From: Hormiphora californensis | Lineage: Eukaryota > Animalia > Ctenophora | DNA: 64,000 bases | Reading direction: 5' to 3' | Assembly (NCBI GenBank): GCA_020137815.1 | Contig: CM035351.1 | Coordinates: forward strand, 6,138,001-6,202,000 | In this document: piece after piece, positions 25,169 to 44,313 of the stretch | Layout of the letters: each line of letters starts with the position of its first letter | How positions within the stretch are numbered: the first letter of the stretch is position 1 | The notes under the pieces: model-generated | Told to the model about the DNA's origin: nothing | Databases searched by the model: none | What the model saw: the letters and a program-made list of their open reading frames with translations, nothing else | Translations under genes and position numbers: made by a program

Positions 25169-28100
25169 ATGAAGAAGAAACGGCTCCTTGTACAGGATCA
25201 ACTTGACTCCAAAACCATTGTAGACTCTTTCTCCAGACTTCTTAGACGTGCAGGTTAATAATTAATATCAGTTTCACTCATTTTTGTCTTACTTTTGTTT
25301 GTGTAATCAACAAATTCTTTCCCGTTTGATCCACTAATTTGTTGCTAAACAGCTCTAAACTCTCTTCAGGAGCCATGCAAATTGAGGCTGTTAATCGAAA
25401 GTTCCAAGTTTCCCTGGTGCAGTTTAATAAAATGAAGAAGATGTGTTTTGGACCAATGCTTCACTGTGGTTACCACATATGGTGAGTTCGATCCCAAACG
25501 CCGAGTTTTCAAAAGAATACCGAGACCATTACATGGTTGAACTTGTTTTAATTATCAGGAGTGTGACCCTCAACCCATCGTTTTCTGATCGAAAATCATA
25601 TGATTTAAAATTGGAGTGTGCGTTGCCTATTGAGGTGTTTAGTATATCGACCGTGAAGATAGACGGAACCCTGACTATATCTAGCTCCAGTCACCCCAAG
25701 ATCACAAAATCTTTCAATGGCACTTCCACAGTTGTTAACGATTTAATCACCGAGAAGGTTCGTAATTCTCTCCCATTTTATCGGAAGTTTAAGTTAGTGA
25801 TTCGGATTCTGAAGCATATCAATATTTTCATAATATTTCAGATGTTTTTAGATGCTGGTAAAAATTTGTTGGAGTTCGAATTACTCTTGAAAATGAACGA
25901 TGAACACCCACATCATGATTGCATTGTAAGTCGATGATGGTTTATGTGCAATTTTGTGTTTATTGTTCCTCCATACTTGTATTTTCCTTTTCGTGCTACA
26001 TCATATTGGCCACACACAAAGCCGAAAGCACCCGGCCCCATGCTTCGTTCACATCGTTGTTTACAGTGTCCAAAACTAACGATGTATACTTTTTTACTTG
26101 CGAGTTTTGGACGCTGTGAACCGAGCTGGAAACCACGAATAGGCTAGGAGGCGCTGTGCGTGTGGCCAATATGACGGAGCACCACTGTAACAGAAATCCA
26201 TTCACCAGAATTACAAGTGCTTCCTTCCTATTCTCTCGCAAAGAAGTAACATGCAGGAGGAGTGGAGAAAAGAAGGATTATTTAGGAGGGAATTCAAGAA
26301 AAGGATACGAAAACATGATAACGACAATCTTTCAATTTTGTTTGCACAATACCTTTCTTCCCTCCTTTCTGAGGTAAACAATAATTGTATAAAGATTGAA
26401 CCTAGAGCCGGGTTGTTGTTGTTTTGTACAAACTCCACCCTAAAAAAGATGAGAAACTAGATCCAAAAACCAAACAAGTTTGGTGGATAGCCGGGGCTGC
26501 AGAAATTAAAAATGTGCGAAAGTTTTGATACATGAACTTTCGGGGCCTGGGGTGCTGTTAAATTCGCGTTTCCATGATTATAACCAGCAACATTTTCAAA
26601 CTATACGCTAGGAAACTATCGCAATGATCAAATTATCATTATTTTTTATTCCGCATTATCAAACATACAGATCAACACATGTCACATATAATGTACTGCG
26701 CACAGTGGCCATTGGGTCATTTCAGAGTCTGTTTTACAGAATAATAGTATGCTTTGAAAGAACGACTGACTATCATGGAAAAGCGAATTTAACAGCACCC
26801 CAGGCCCCGAAAGTTCATGTATCAAAACTTTCGCACATTTTTAATTTCTGCAGCCCCGGCTATCCACCAAACTTGTTTGGTTTTTGGATCTAGTATCAGG
26901 CATTTTGTTATACTACGTCATGCATTTTGTAATACTAGCTGAATTTAATAAACGCGATTAAACGATTGGCGATTCACGGACTTTTTCAATCGTAGGTAGC
27001 TTCATAATAATCGTAGAAATCCAATTTCGGATATCAATTGCGAATATCTAATATATTATAGTAATCACGGATAACCAATCGCGGATAGCTGATCACGAAT
27101 CCGTTATAAGTATTATAAGCTATCGCGATTAGCTATCGCGATTAGCCATCTGCGAATATGCTATCTGCGATTGGTTACTATTATATTACTTATTCGCGAT
27201 AAGTTATCGTGGTTAGTTATCCGCGATTACTATTATTGATTAGTTATCAGCATTTGATATATTCGCAATTGGTTCTCCGCGATTGTTCTATGATTTTCAT
27301 TATTAGTCACGGATAATGATCAAGGATAAGCATCGATAATCAGATATATACCCTGCTAACTTAAATAACCCGCCAGCGGCGAGAAGTCCCACTGGCACGC
27401 TCTCAATATACAGCCAGTCCAGCGGCAGATTATTTCCCACTGGCTGGCTGTTTATTATTAACTCCTATGTTACATTCAAAGTGTGTGTAAATGATCAGTT
27501 CTTACTTAAATACAGAGGGAACACTGTTTGCAAGAGTTACACATTGCATTGGATAGAAAGAAACAACACATTCCGTCAATTTCTCTCTCTTTATCTCCCC
27601 TTTTGTTTCACTATCTCAATTCCTCTGTGTTATGTCTGGCATGCCCCATATCTTGTTATTTCTTTCTCTCTCTCCTTAGTAACTGTTACCAAACAATATA
27701 CACTCAATTGAGAGATGTTTTTGACTGTTTCTCAGTTCTCTTTGTGTGTTTTGATTAGTGTTCTCTCTCTTGTTAGTGTGTAATACTTGAAACAAACAAC
27801 TAAAGCAGGGTATATAACCCATAAACTCTGACCAATGGCACGTTATTGGTTTAAACCCCTCCGCCTCTCCCTCGGCTACGCCTCAGGATCGTCGTCGTGA
27901 TTTAAACCAGTTTATCCGCCACTGGCGGATAAACTACAGCTACCTTCTCCCAGCGCTGGGAGAAAGGTATCTGAAATAACGTGCCAGTGGCCAGAGTTTA
28001 TGCCTCATATATCTGATACAATCAGGTTTTAGGTGCTAATTCGCTCTTTTCTCAGTGATTTTTAAAATCGTCGTATATTTAAGACAGTCATAACTCTAAA

Positions 28101-29686
28101 TATGACTACCAATTATAACTGAAAATGCGGCAATAAACCTAATTTTATAAAATAAGTCTGATTCAATGTTAATTTAGACTCTGAATCGCTTCTTTTTAGG
28201 TTTTTTTAAAATCGTCTTAAACTTAAGACAGTCATAAATCTAGATATGACTACCAAATATACCTGAAAATACAGCAGTTGACATACGTTGGCAAAACATA
28301 TATGATAAAATCATGATCGTTGTAGTTTAATTTGCTATTTTCTAGGTTTTTTTGAAAATCGTCTTAAATCTTAAAACAGTCAGATGCCCGTAACTGACGA
28401 ACCGCAACTCGGATTTGTTTGAAATTTTGAACGTGTGTTCAAGATGTCAAGGCAACACCGCGTACCAAGCGGCGTATTTGTAGAACGACGGGAAGGCCGT
28501 CTTAAATGCCAAAGAAAACTTAAGACAGTCATAACTTTTGTTATGACTGTCCGTTTTCTCTGTCCAAGCTTTAATACAAGGTACACCACTAGACCTACCG
28601 ACTCCCAAAGTTTCATGGCGATAGCTTTAAAATTGTGGCCTCTATTGTGTACGCAAAAAAGTGGTTATTTTACGGTCGTTCGTGACGCAAAAAACGGACA
28701 TTTTGTCTAAAATACGACCCTCTGTAACGTAAAAACCGTAACTCCGATTTGCATGAAATTTTGAACGTGTGCTCTAGGTGTCAAGGCAACACGAATTACC
28801 AAGCGGCAAGTTCGTAGGACAACGGGAAGGTTGTCTAAAACAAAGTTGAAATTGCCGATTTCAGACAATAAGTATAGTAGCGCTGTCAAAATTTTCAAAA
28901 ATTTTCAAAAAATTCAAAAATTTTTTTTTTGTAATTTCGATTTTCCATTCAATGGAAGCAAGAATGCTTGGAAAATGGATGGTTGGGGGAGGGAGGATTG
29001 GGCCCCGGGCGCTTGCCAGCGCTATGATAAATTCTTTCTACAAAAGTAAATTATTTTAGTTGTGTATTTTCAGGAAGTTATTAATGCTTGTAACTATTAC
29101 GACTGGTCGCTGATGTTAACTAGTTTTGTGGCGTTCCTCGAACACTGTCATGATAAAAAGTTCGTCACGGATGTATCTACGGCTATTGCGAATGCAGGAA
29201 TTCCCTCTTTGGTAGGCTTTAGGACTGTAACTCACCTGGACAGTAACTCGAAAGTGAGTTATTGTCCGAAAATTGGCGTCGACTTTTTTTTTCTGGTGAC
29301 TTTCTGTCCGCATTATTTTCGACTTTTTGCTAGGACAAAAAATCGATAGCTAGGACAAAATCTCGAAATTTAAACTCACCTAGGTGAGTTATGCGGACAC
29401 TAACTCGAATTTTGTTTCGAGTTGGCGGACAGAAACTCACTTGCTAAAACTACGAAAATGTCGAAAATTCTGGTGACATTTTCATTTTCCATGGCAGGTG
29501 AGTTTCTGTCCGGCCAATGAAATATGTTTCCAAACAGAATTTTTGAGTTTTTTTGTGCTAGCTATCATTATTACAAGTGAAACAAGTTGTGTGGTTGACA
29601 TAAATACACTGTAAAACCCATCTCCCATCCCTTTCTATATCTCTCTTCATCTCTCTCTTTCCCTCTCTCTATCTCTACCTCCCTTC

Positions 29687-29717
<31 letters not shown>

Positions 29718-29718
29718 A

Positions 29719-29753
<35 letters not shown>

Positions 29754-32700
29754 TCTCTTTCCCTCTCTCCGTGCTTCTATTCAGAAACCTAGAAAATCCA
29801 AAATCCGTCAACAGAGAAGATGATGAGGAGTCACAGCTGATATTATAGGATCGGACTGGACTCAGTAGAGAGAAGTCTTGAGTCGTAGTTGCATAGTGGG
29901 TATGGTGTCGATAAGGAGAAAGGATCCACAATCAGTAGGTCTTGCTGTGATAAATTGTCGAGGATACGTGGGTAGCTAGGCTGGTCGGGAACAGATTGGA
30001 GAGGAGAAAAACCACTGCAAGTGATGAACAGCTCTCGTTGTCTCTCCATCTCTCTTCCTCTCTCTTTGTCTCTCCATCTCTCTTCCTCTCTCTCTTTGAA
30101 TGGTGTGATAGATTATCGAGTGAAGGATAGGTGAGTCACTGAGTAGGAGAGCAGCTGCAGTCTGCAGCTAGGCTGGTTGGGAACAGATTGGAGAGGAGAT
30201 ATAGACCACTGCAGCAGGTGATGAACGATGACTCATTGGATGACAGATCCGAGATCCATGATGGGAATTAAGCCCGGGAGCTAGAGAGACAAAGAGAAGC
30301 AGAGCTCAACCAATGTATGAGTGAACAACGAGAACTGAACTAGCCCGCCCTTTCTCCCCTCTCTCTCTGTCGGGATCTCTCTACATTTTTGCATCCCTCT
30401 CTCTGCCAACGACGCCGCCATGTCTTCCCGCCTTTTTCTCTCTGTACATGAAGTGAGTTCTAGTCCGGACAGAAAATCGAAATTCGCTATTTAAGTGGAC
30501 AAAAACTCACATATTTTCCCGCCCTTTCCCTGTCACCCTTGTTCCCCCTCTCTACCGAAAGTGAGTTGTAGTCCGAATTTGTGAGTTTAGAGGGCGGACA
30601 AAAAGTCGAATTTCGACATTTTTAGCGGACAGAAACTCACCTTGACCCCCCACAACTCGAACAGGTGAGTTAGTGTCCGCCCGGACTCTAACTCATCGTA
30701 AATAGTGCTAAACAGTGGGGCGGACAGAAAGTCACCTGATCCGGACTGTAACTCACCTAAATTCGACATTTTCAAAAGTGAGTTAAAGTCCGAAATTTTC
30801 GAGTTCGAGTTCGAGTTATCGTCCGTTCGAGTTTCTGTCCGGTACCCCTTTGGTAATTGTCTAGTGTTTCACGTCATGAGGTATATACTGTTTTAATTCT
30901 CTTGTACAAAGCTGAATTATAAGCTATTATTTTTTTCAGATTGGGAAGTTATTTGGAGCAGATTTTAGTGAAGGTTGCCACCAAGTTAGTTAAGAATGAA
31001 ATTGGCGTACCGTATCTACTTTGCTGCCTAAACTTCTTGTTTACCTTTCAAGAACCGCCAAGGAGTGAAACTCATAAGTAAAGCATTCGATATGGCGATT
31101 GCAAACATAGTAAAGAAATTCTCGGACAAGGGATACAACCTAGTGTAAGACTAAAACCGGTTAAATTTAATTCGTTCAAATTCTCCCATTGTAATACATA
31201 CTATAAATTCAGACCAAAAGGTATGGTCTCCACTTGAAAATATTTAGCTTTGTTTTTATCTTACAGGGCACTAAGTACTCTAGCATCTGTTATCCTACCG
31301 AGAGTTGTAGTGGAGCGGGGGAAGGGGTTGGAAACTTGTCCTGGTGATCTTTTGCCATCCCTACGAGTGATCTATGAAAATATGGAGATCTTACTGCCCT
31401 TTCTTGAGATCCGGAATATTCTTCACATTTTGTGTAAGATTTTCTGAACAAAGGCTGTTAATTGTTTGATTTATTATAACTTTTAATTCTGGTGATTAGT
31501 TTAGTAATACCCTCTTTTGGCTGGAGACAAGAAGAGTATTGATTATGAGTAGTGTATGACGTATCCTTATTCCTCTTCAGCGTCTACATTTTATCGATAT
31601 GGAACGGGACCTAATTTGTTACATTTCGGTCGATTTTTCTACAACCTAGTGGACTGTTACTTTGACAATTTGAATAAAGGTAATAATTATTAACTAGATA
31701 ACAGGTGATTCAATAGCGTATTTAGTTTCTTTTTCTGCATTAACCTGAAATGTTTTATGTTCAGATCCTTCTTTGAGACTGCCAATGGCTACTGAGATAA
31801 GGTTCCTGCTGACGATGAAAACGAACATATCCAACCCTTTTTACTTACCATGTGCTCCAATCGTCCCAACTTACCTAACATGCCTACCAAAGGTGTTCCA
31901 GATAAATACACGAAAAGATATTTTTGAGTTCGCTGCGAGCAACCCGGTAAGAAATTGCTATGCCGTAGAAACGGTGAACTTTTTTTGGGAATATGTGTAA
32001 TAGTAACTTGTTTCCATAGCTGCGTAATATCTCTCACTAACTCACCTCTCAGGATGGAGTTCATGTTCTAGCGATGGTGACGCAATTAAAAATGGATGAT
32101 CCGACTTACGAGACCTTTTATAAGTCTTTGGATAACCTGGTGTTAACGTGTATCGTACCCAAGCGCATGGTGCCATCAGTTTTAGGTCTAGAATTCCGTC
32201 CCAGTGTACTAAAGGAACATGGAAATACCGCCCATAGGAAGAGAGATTTTGGTCAAGCGATTAAATGCTACACTGCAGCAATGGTTTTCTGTTATCTCAC
32301 AATAAGACCACTTGATGACACCAGGTAGGACAGTGCAAAACTCAGTAAGAGTGAAATCTCTGACACATTTTACTTTTCAGTAACGACCCCAAGCTGATGG
32401 AAATGTTTGACTTAGTGACTATATGTATCAATAACAGGTAACATCCTTTAAGGCTACAATGAAAGTACATCGATATTTTCAACACCACTCCTGACTCCAT
32501 TCCCAATCAGATCAGCGTCCTTTTTGGAACAAGGGAAATACCAAGAGGCTCTAGCTGATTCAGCTTTTGCTATAAGTCAAATCTTTAACGTTTACACCGG
32601 CTCTAAAATTCGATCTCCATTTGATCCAGTTAAATTTGCGGATAAACTCAAAGACTTGGTAAGTTTGATCAGTAAGGAGTAAATGTTTTCACACCCACCT

Positions 32701-33781
32701 TCCCCCCACCTTGTGTATCTAACTATTGAGGTCTGTTTTTCAGGATAAAAGGATGGTAAAGGCCAAAGTTAGGCGGGTTAAGATTCTACTTCTGATGAAA
32801 GAGTGGAGGTGTGCCTTAAATTGCTGCTTGAATGTACTTACATCCGAACCTTCTCTATTCACAATGGTCACACCGATACTAGAATACTACTACCAAAGTC
32901 TTGTAAGGTGACTACGCATTCGTTCTAATATAATCACTCGAGTGCACTCTGTAGCTTAAAGGTTGACAAGACACCTAAAACTTTTCGTATATCGTCTTAT
33001 TTTGATTTATCATTAATTTTCAGCATTTTTTCAGAATTTTTTGTCGGCTAGAAATATGTGCAAAATAGGGGGTCTACTGACAAATGAGTGTGCCTTTTTT
33101 AAAATTGATAACGTAATATCTCCGGTTCCTAATGAGATACAGAAACCGTTTTGGTAGCGTTGGAAAGGTCTTATTGAGACCAATCCAACGCAACCAAGAT
33201 CAAGTCTTTATCTTTTGAGGAACCGGAAACGTGAATTTCAATTTGCGAGACGCAGTGAGTGTGCCCAGTAAAACCAGTGCTGACAATATCGGTAGACCCC
33301 CTATTTCGAATTTTTTTCTAGCCGACAAAAAATTCTGAAAAAATGCTGAAAATTAATGATAAATCAAAATAAGACGATATACGAAAAGTTTTAGGTATCT
33401 TGTCAACCTTTAAAAGAGAATAATACAATTCCACATTGACTTTTGTAATATAAAATTAACCTTTCCTCACATTTTCTAGGTATAGCAAGAGTGTGGGATA
33501 TCTAAGTTTCCCGCCGTTTTGTATCATATGTCAGACGATTGAAAGTCCCCAAGATTACAGGGAATTCACATCGTTTGTCAGGTATTGTAAACTGGCTTAG
33601 CAGTTAGCATTGTGTATACCGGGTGGCGGGTGTATACCTAAATGCAACCCACTCTATTTCAACTTTCCTTTCTAGGTGTAAGAAGTGTGGGCATCTCTAC
33701 TGCTCGAAGGCTTGCTACGAGAAAGATTCGCAACACTCAAAATATTGTCCTTCACTTACGAAAATCAAACGAAAGATGTAG
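25169..33781 (+). CDS. Leader-MATH-like-TPR-MYND paralog 5 (two +1 shifts near 30986 and 31076; transposon-expanded introns)
   Basis: Same leader; exons collinear with paralog 4; KEHGNTAHRKRDFGQAIKCYT; CKKCGHLYCSKAC. TAG at 33779-33781. Confidence 0.8.
26456..26894. mobile_element. MITE with ~110-bp near-perfect TIRs
   Basis: actagatccaaaaaccaaacaagtttggtggatagccgggg... is mirrored at the right end. Confidence 0.85.
27813..28010. mobile_element. Foldback MITE
   Basis: cataaactctgaccaatggcacgttatt ... aataacgtgccagtggccagagtttatg. Confidence 0.65.
28030..29010. mobile_element. Transposon remnant with ~150-bp degenerate sub-repeats
   Basis: Recurrent ttaagacagtcataac and gaaattttgaacgtgtg...gtcaaggcaacac blocks. 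Confidence 0.5.
29220..30850. mobile_element. DNA transposon remnant with cggacagaaactcac subterminal repeats and internal (CT)n
   Basis: Many direct and inverted copies of gtgagtt..gtccg at both ends. Confidence 0.6.
32960..33409. mobile_element. TTAA-targeting MITE (Kolobok-like AGG...CCT ends)
   Basis: TTAA|aggttgacaagacacc...ggtatcttgtcaacct|TTAA with ~120-bp TIRs. Confidence 0.8.
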
Positions 33782-34356
33782 ATAAAATCATATCAGCAAC
33801 TGAGAAAGGAAAAAAGTTCAAGTCTGCTACTTTCTTCCTGGTGTTTACATATATTTCATTATTCAAAGTAGAACCCTTTGGGAAGTTTTCCGTTGCTGAT
33901 TGACTGTTGAGCGAATTAGGACTCCTGTATTTGTCAAATTCATTTCCTTTTTTAATGTCTGTTTCAGTAACCAATCCAGTAACCAACTCAAGTTTTTTAC
34001 TAACATTATGAGACGTATTTATTACAACAGTTATATACATTTTTTCTCTGGGATATATTTATTCTTTAATCTTATCAGTTTCTCATAAGCTAACGTTATA
34101 AAAATGTATATTATCTCTAAAATATTTAGCTTGGAGATGTTAAAAGTAAAGTAAAGTAGTATAACTGTTATATAAAATATGTTTATGACAATGAGTTAGT
34201 TTAGCTATGAGAATTATATTTAATATTTATCATCCGCACTAAAAGTTTTTCACTTTCCAGTATGTAAAAGTATTGTTGTATACATAATTTGTTGAGTTTA
34301 TCTTTGAGTTATCTTCGTACCTCATTATTATTCTTCGAATATTATAGTTACTAGCC

Positions 34357-38987
<4,631 letters not shown>

Positions 38988-39271
38988 GTGTTACTACGAG
39001 GACTGTGCTCAGTATGGAAGATTCATAGCCGAATTCTTGACTAAAGTGTGGAAGTTTATATACTTTTTCAGAGGGGTAATTTATGAGAGATTTATTTTTC
39101 TACCTACACGTAATTTTTAAACTATTTATAATATTTCATATCAAATAACCTAACTTATTGTATCAATTTATAATCCTTATTTAGTGTTTTATTGTACCCT
39201 TTCCCCCCCCCCCCCCCAATTTTTTTTTCTAGCAATCATTTTTTAATGATTTCACCTTATATTAAAAGCAG

Positions 39272-42200
39272 ATGGTAAAAACCAAGCGGCTCCTTGTACA
39301 GAATCAACTCGATTCCAAAACCATTGTAGACTCTTTCTCAAGACTTCTCAGGCGTGCGAAAGGTAGGTATAACACCACAAACTCAAGGAAACTTGTTTGA
39401 TAAGGCTCAACCAGTCGCCCCATGGACTGGAATTGGGACACTGACAGTAACAACAGAAAGCAGCCGCCCTTTAGCGATATCATAACATATCACACTAACC
39501 GATAACATATCATCTTCCTGCAATTTCCATTCCAGGAACTGATAAATCTTATGAAGGGACATTTGAGATTTGTGTGGGTGATTTGAAACGCCGTGAACCA
39601 CTCAATCTACAACCTGTCTTCCATTATAATGGGCTCTGCTGGTGAGTAGTTAAAAGTCCTGGATTCCCTATAAAACTGTCGTGCATTCGTTATTATGGAC
39701 ATGGGTATATTTTGGGGCTAACGACATTCTCTGTTCATTTCAGGCAGGCTAGTGTTGTACCCTCACCGAAAAGTGCAAAAACCCACGATTTCATCATTAC
39801 CTGTCTGCTACCAGCAGAGATATTTGACCAGGAATGGAGATACCGGTTCACTGGAAATGTTTCCCTAACTCTTCCCAGTGATAGGGGCATTATCAGCAAG
39901 AGGCTGAAGGATACTGATACTTGTGTACTCAGCAGCTTCCTGCATGAGAAGGTTAGTTCAAATTGTTTCTCAATTCCTCGCTATAAAATTTAAAGTATAA
40001 ATAGTGTGGGATCATGGATAGTGTGGGATCATGGATATATATTTTCAATTTTTTAGCAGCACCTCTATCACTTCACACTAGCTGAATACAACCAGGTGTT
40101 TGTGAAGAATTCAGATGACACCGCTAAACTACAGTTCACCATGAAACTCAAGTTGGAGGATGTCGTAGAAGAGGTTTGTATATAAGGTTTATACTTTACC
40201 CCCCTCTCTAGCTCTCCTCGTAATATTCGAGTGGTTTTATTAATCCTATCTACCAAGTGCCAGTCTGGTACTACCAGTATGACGTCCAACCCGGCCCCCT
40301 CCCGTATCCAAGTAACTAGGCACCAATATCTAATAATCCCTATCCATTTAGCTGTCTAACAATATATTGTTTTCAGACGCACTGCCTATTCTTTGTGTTC
40401 AACGGCTACTTTAATATTGTACACCAGTGGCAGGTAAAGAACAGTCTGGTGAAGAAGTATTGGACTATGAGTATGGGGGGAAGGTCTGTTAACTGCACTG
40501 TTATGACTGCTATATCACAGTTCTATAGTGACATAATGTCCGAGGTAATGAGTGTCTGTATGTCCGTGTTTGTTTCTTTGTTTGGTTGTTTGTTTATTTG
40601 TTTGTTTGTTTATTTGTTTGTCTGTTTGGTTGTTTGTTTGTTTGTTTGTCTGTTTGGTTGTTTGTTTGTCTGTCTGGTTGTTTGTTTGTCTGTTTGTTTG
40701 TTTGTCTGTTCGGTTGTTTGTTTGTTTGTGTGTATATTTGTTTGTTTGCTTGTTTTTTAGTTTGTCTGTTTGTTTGCTTGTTTGTCTGCATGTCTGTTTG
40801 TCTGTTTGACTTTCTTGGTGTTGTTCCACACATACCTCCACTTCAATAACTAACCTATAACCCCTATATCAGCGGGTATTTAATGCTACCTCCATTACCC
40901 ACTGGTCCAATGTGATCATCTCCTTCACTGAAATGGTATTGACATCCTGTGATAAAGATCAACGGGCTGTTATCTACAAGAATGGTGTTTGTCACTTGGT
41001 AAGTGTAACTGTACTGCTCCACCCCTGCTCCATTTCATAGTGTGAATTAATTCTGGACTTTACCATGACTATATCAATTTGTAACATGACTGTTGATACT
41101 GTCGGACTCCGATTTACCGGGAGGATAAACTTCCCCCGATATAGGAAATTAACAGTTTTTGACCCTGATTTGCTGGGCAAAACCCTTTCCCCCGAGCATC
41201 CCAGTAAATCGGGTTACCACTGTACTGTTGTCCCAACAAAGCTCATCAATCACCCTTTCCCCACGGCAGGCAGCTAAGTTGTTAGGTGCAGACTACAGTG
41301 AGGGCTTAAACAATCCAGATGTGCTGTGGTGCTTCTTCCGATTTATGCTTTTGACGCCAGACGATAAATGTACCGTCCGAGCTGAAGCACTGAGGAATAT
41401 CGTCCCCAAGTTCGCAGACACCAGCTACAATCTACAGTAAGAGAGTCAATCCTGGGAAGTGCTTGTTATGTCCTAACCCTCCTTTACATACGTGTGGGGC
41501 GCGGTGCAACAGGGCCGAGCAAGGCAAGGATGTGTATCAACATTCAACAGAGATCACAGGATAATAATAATTTCAATACCAGCTCTCTAGTGATGTTTGC
41601 TACGAAGCTGTTACCCCACTGCATGAAGACGGAATCCAACATTGGTCTGGTTTACAAGAACATGGATATTATCCTACCTTTTCTTTCTATCAACTCCTTC
41701 CTCCAGTTATCAGGTACTCTTGTTTGTTTGTTTGTTTGTTTGTGATTGCTGCGTCTGGAGGTTATCAGACCTACTCTTTGATCTGGGAGATTTTAGTTGT
41801 TTGGAGCATTTTACAAAGCTGATCCACAAGACCGGTAAAGTTTCCGACGTGCAAATAATAATAGGGCACCACCCAGGGGTGAACAATTGAAAAAATGAAC
41901 TTGAGCTGCACCATTTCAATTATTAGGTCAAGTTGAACGACGCACGGTAAAAGATCTTGAAATCTTTTGCAAGGGATTTTGCTATCTGGTTCAGGATGCT
42001 TTAGAAGACAGTAAGTAGCTCCTAACATGTTCAACCGCTCGCATTACTTTCTCTTTTAAAATTACTTTCTGTGTTTGACAGGGAAAAATTTCAAATTGCT
42101 GTCCAAATCGACCAGAAAGAGGCTCCAGGAAACTATATATGAGAACTATACAAGTCCCTTTTATTATCAAAACTCTGATACTGCCCCTCTGTGCGAGATC

Positions 42201-43624
42201 ATCCGTTTGCTTTGGGGGATCGACAATCTGCCTCTGGAACTGGTATCAGGGAACAGCATGTACCAAGTCAACTTCCATTACTTTGTTACTATCTCGGTAT
42301 GTTAAAGATGACAAATCAAGGCGTTACAATGTCATGCTTTTAAAGGAATCTTTCACCTGGACTACTAGGTAAAAGTTTCACAATCAACTTATTTCAGTTT
42401 GGTTTGTTCTTTTTGGTGACATTTCTAGAAGAATTCAGTGGTGCCAATGCCTTCACACGTGGACCCTACACCAAGTTCATCAACTCCCTTAAAATCATTA
42501 AAGACTTGGATTTGGTAGCAACTAATGTACCCAAGGACTTGAAAAATGCCAAGAAGCTTAAGAAAGAGGGTGATGACCTGCTTAAAGCGGGTGAATTTGG
42601 TGCGGCGAGTAAGATGTTTACAGAAGCCTTCTTTGGAGCAAGAGGGTATGTGTTCTGTCAAACACTTTAAAACTAAAAGCTATATCGCCTAAATATCTAA
42701 ATATGTACCATCAAAAGGCCAGCCAGCTCACACCTCATTGTTTTCAGTATAAACAAGGTGCGTCACCAAGACAGCATTCTGTTTTTACTGAACTGCATGG
42801 AGGGTCGGGTTGGGGCGAATATTGAGATAGGGAAACATCAGGAGGCATTGGCTGACTGTGTCTTTGCAATCAACCAAATCCAAACTTTGCTTTATGGTGA
42901 TGTGGAAGGTATTACGTTGAAACTGACACCACAGCAACATTACTGCATGGTGAGATAATTGCTGCTATGGTTACTATTCCATGGTAACTCAGTGGTCGCC
43001 ATGGTAACTATCGTAACCGGTCCAATCCAACTATTATAGGAAGCACTGCTGAAAAATGCCAAGATAAGTCGAGTTAAGATTCTAATATCTATGAAGGAAT
43101 GGATGCCTGCGTTGCGCTGTTCCATTGACCTGCTCACTACCACAGCTAGCGTTGACAACTTCCCATACTACTACGACAGTTTTATCGGGTTAGTAGACTG
43201 TACTGAATACATACAGGGGCCAGGTAAATTGAGATCTGAAATCTGTAACCCCTTCAGCTCACTCTTTTCCGTAATACAGAAACCATTTATTATTCTTTCT
43301 CAGGTACACAAAGGGTGTGTTCCAAGTCAGATTCCCTCCAGTTTGCATTTCTTGCCGATCTGCAGGGACCTGGCATGACATTGATTCCGCCTCATGTAGT
43401 GTGAGGTATGTTATTTCTTTAACATTAGGGGCGTTTACCACTTCTGAGCTTTTGTTTTCTTTGTCTAAGATTTCCTTATTTTCTAACCACTATATCACAG
43501 GTGCAAGAAATGCCATCACCCCTATTGCTCTGAGGTCTGTTACGACTTTGACACTATCCACAAAGACTATTGTGACCAGATAGCCCGACTAGAAAATAGC
43601 AGATCCGCACTAATGGGAGCTTAG
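39272..43624 (+). CDS. Leader-MATH-like-TPR-MYND paralog 7 (most divergent)
   Basis: MVKTKRLLVQNQLDSKTIVDSFSRLLRR; PVFHYNGLCW; LLGADYSEG; KKEGDDLLKAGEFGAASKMFTEA; HQEALADC; VCISC...CKKCHHPYCSEVC..HKDYC. TAG at 43622-43624. Confidence 0.8.
40565..40810. repeat. Degenerate (GTTT/GTCT)n microsatellite
   Basis: Directly visible, intronic. Confidence 0.9.
41098..41223. mobile_element. Degenerate CAGTCGGACCCC MITE
   Basis: ctgtcggactccgatttaccggg...gtaaatcggg. Confidence 0.6.
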
Positions 43625-43917
43625 ATAATGTGGTAGTGCAGTGGAACAGCGACCAAAATAATGTCATTTGTTTAATTTATTTTACCCAACGCAATTAAAT
43701 TAAAAGCATGAATTAGTTTTTTAAGAATTCCTGTTTTTAACAAGTTTTACAAATTATTTGTTTAGTTCTAACTTCTTAATTCAACAATCTTATTTTCATA
43801 ATACAGTTTAATAAAGTTTTTACATTCCAATTATATTCAAAATACCGTTTTGTCTTCCTCATACATTTAGCAACATCAATTATTATACTTCTAACACATT
43901 ATACTCCTTGTAGCATC

Positions 43918-44313
43918 ATGTGTGAGGTGTGCGAGAAGCCAGATACCAAGTACCGCTGTCCCAAATGCTACATCAGGTACTGCTCCCTCGACTGTTACAA
44001 GATACACTCATGTGAACCAAAACCCATGCCACCCCCTCCCAAACTGCCCAAATCTAAACGGAAACCCCGACCAAACAAGAAATATGATGGTGGTGATGAT
44101 GATGTCGAGTTATTAAAACAGCACCAGTTGGACAGCCTGGACTGCCCTGAAATGAGGGAGTTGTTGAGTAACCCCCACCTGAGGGCCATTCTGAAGAAGA
44201 TTAACAAGTCTGGGGACGCTGAATTAGCCCTGGAGGAACATTATGAGGAACCGTTAGTGAAGGAATTTGTAGAACAATGCTTGAAATTAACAGGGACTGA
44301 CCATACTACGTGA
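43918..44313 (+). CDS. ZNHIT3: Zinc finger HIT domain protein 3 (box C/D snoRNP assembly factor)
   Basis: CEVCEKPDTKYRCPKCYIRYCSLDCYKIH (zf-HIT) plus the C-terminal LLSNPHLRAIL...EEPLVKEFVEQCL typical of ZNHIT3/Hit1; intronless. Confidence 0.85.
   Translation: MCEVCEKPDTKYRCPKCYIRYCSLDCYKIHSCEPKPMPPPPKLPKSKRKPRPNKKYDGGDDDVELLKQHQLDSLDCPEMRELLSNPHLRAILKKINKSGDAELALEEHYEEPLVKEFVEQCLKLTGTDHTT

Noticed and set aside
40395-40849. VCLF / TNKQ repeat ORFs
   Set aside because: Translations of a (GTTT)n microsatellite; only the first part of 40395 overlaps a real exon.
43500-44010. Origin of the MYND array from the neighbouring ZNHIT3
   Set aside because: Only generic Cys spacing is shared; there is no further similarity and the exon structures differ.
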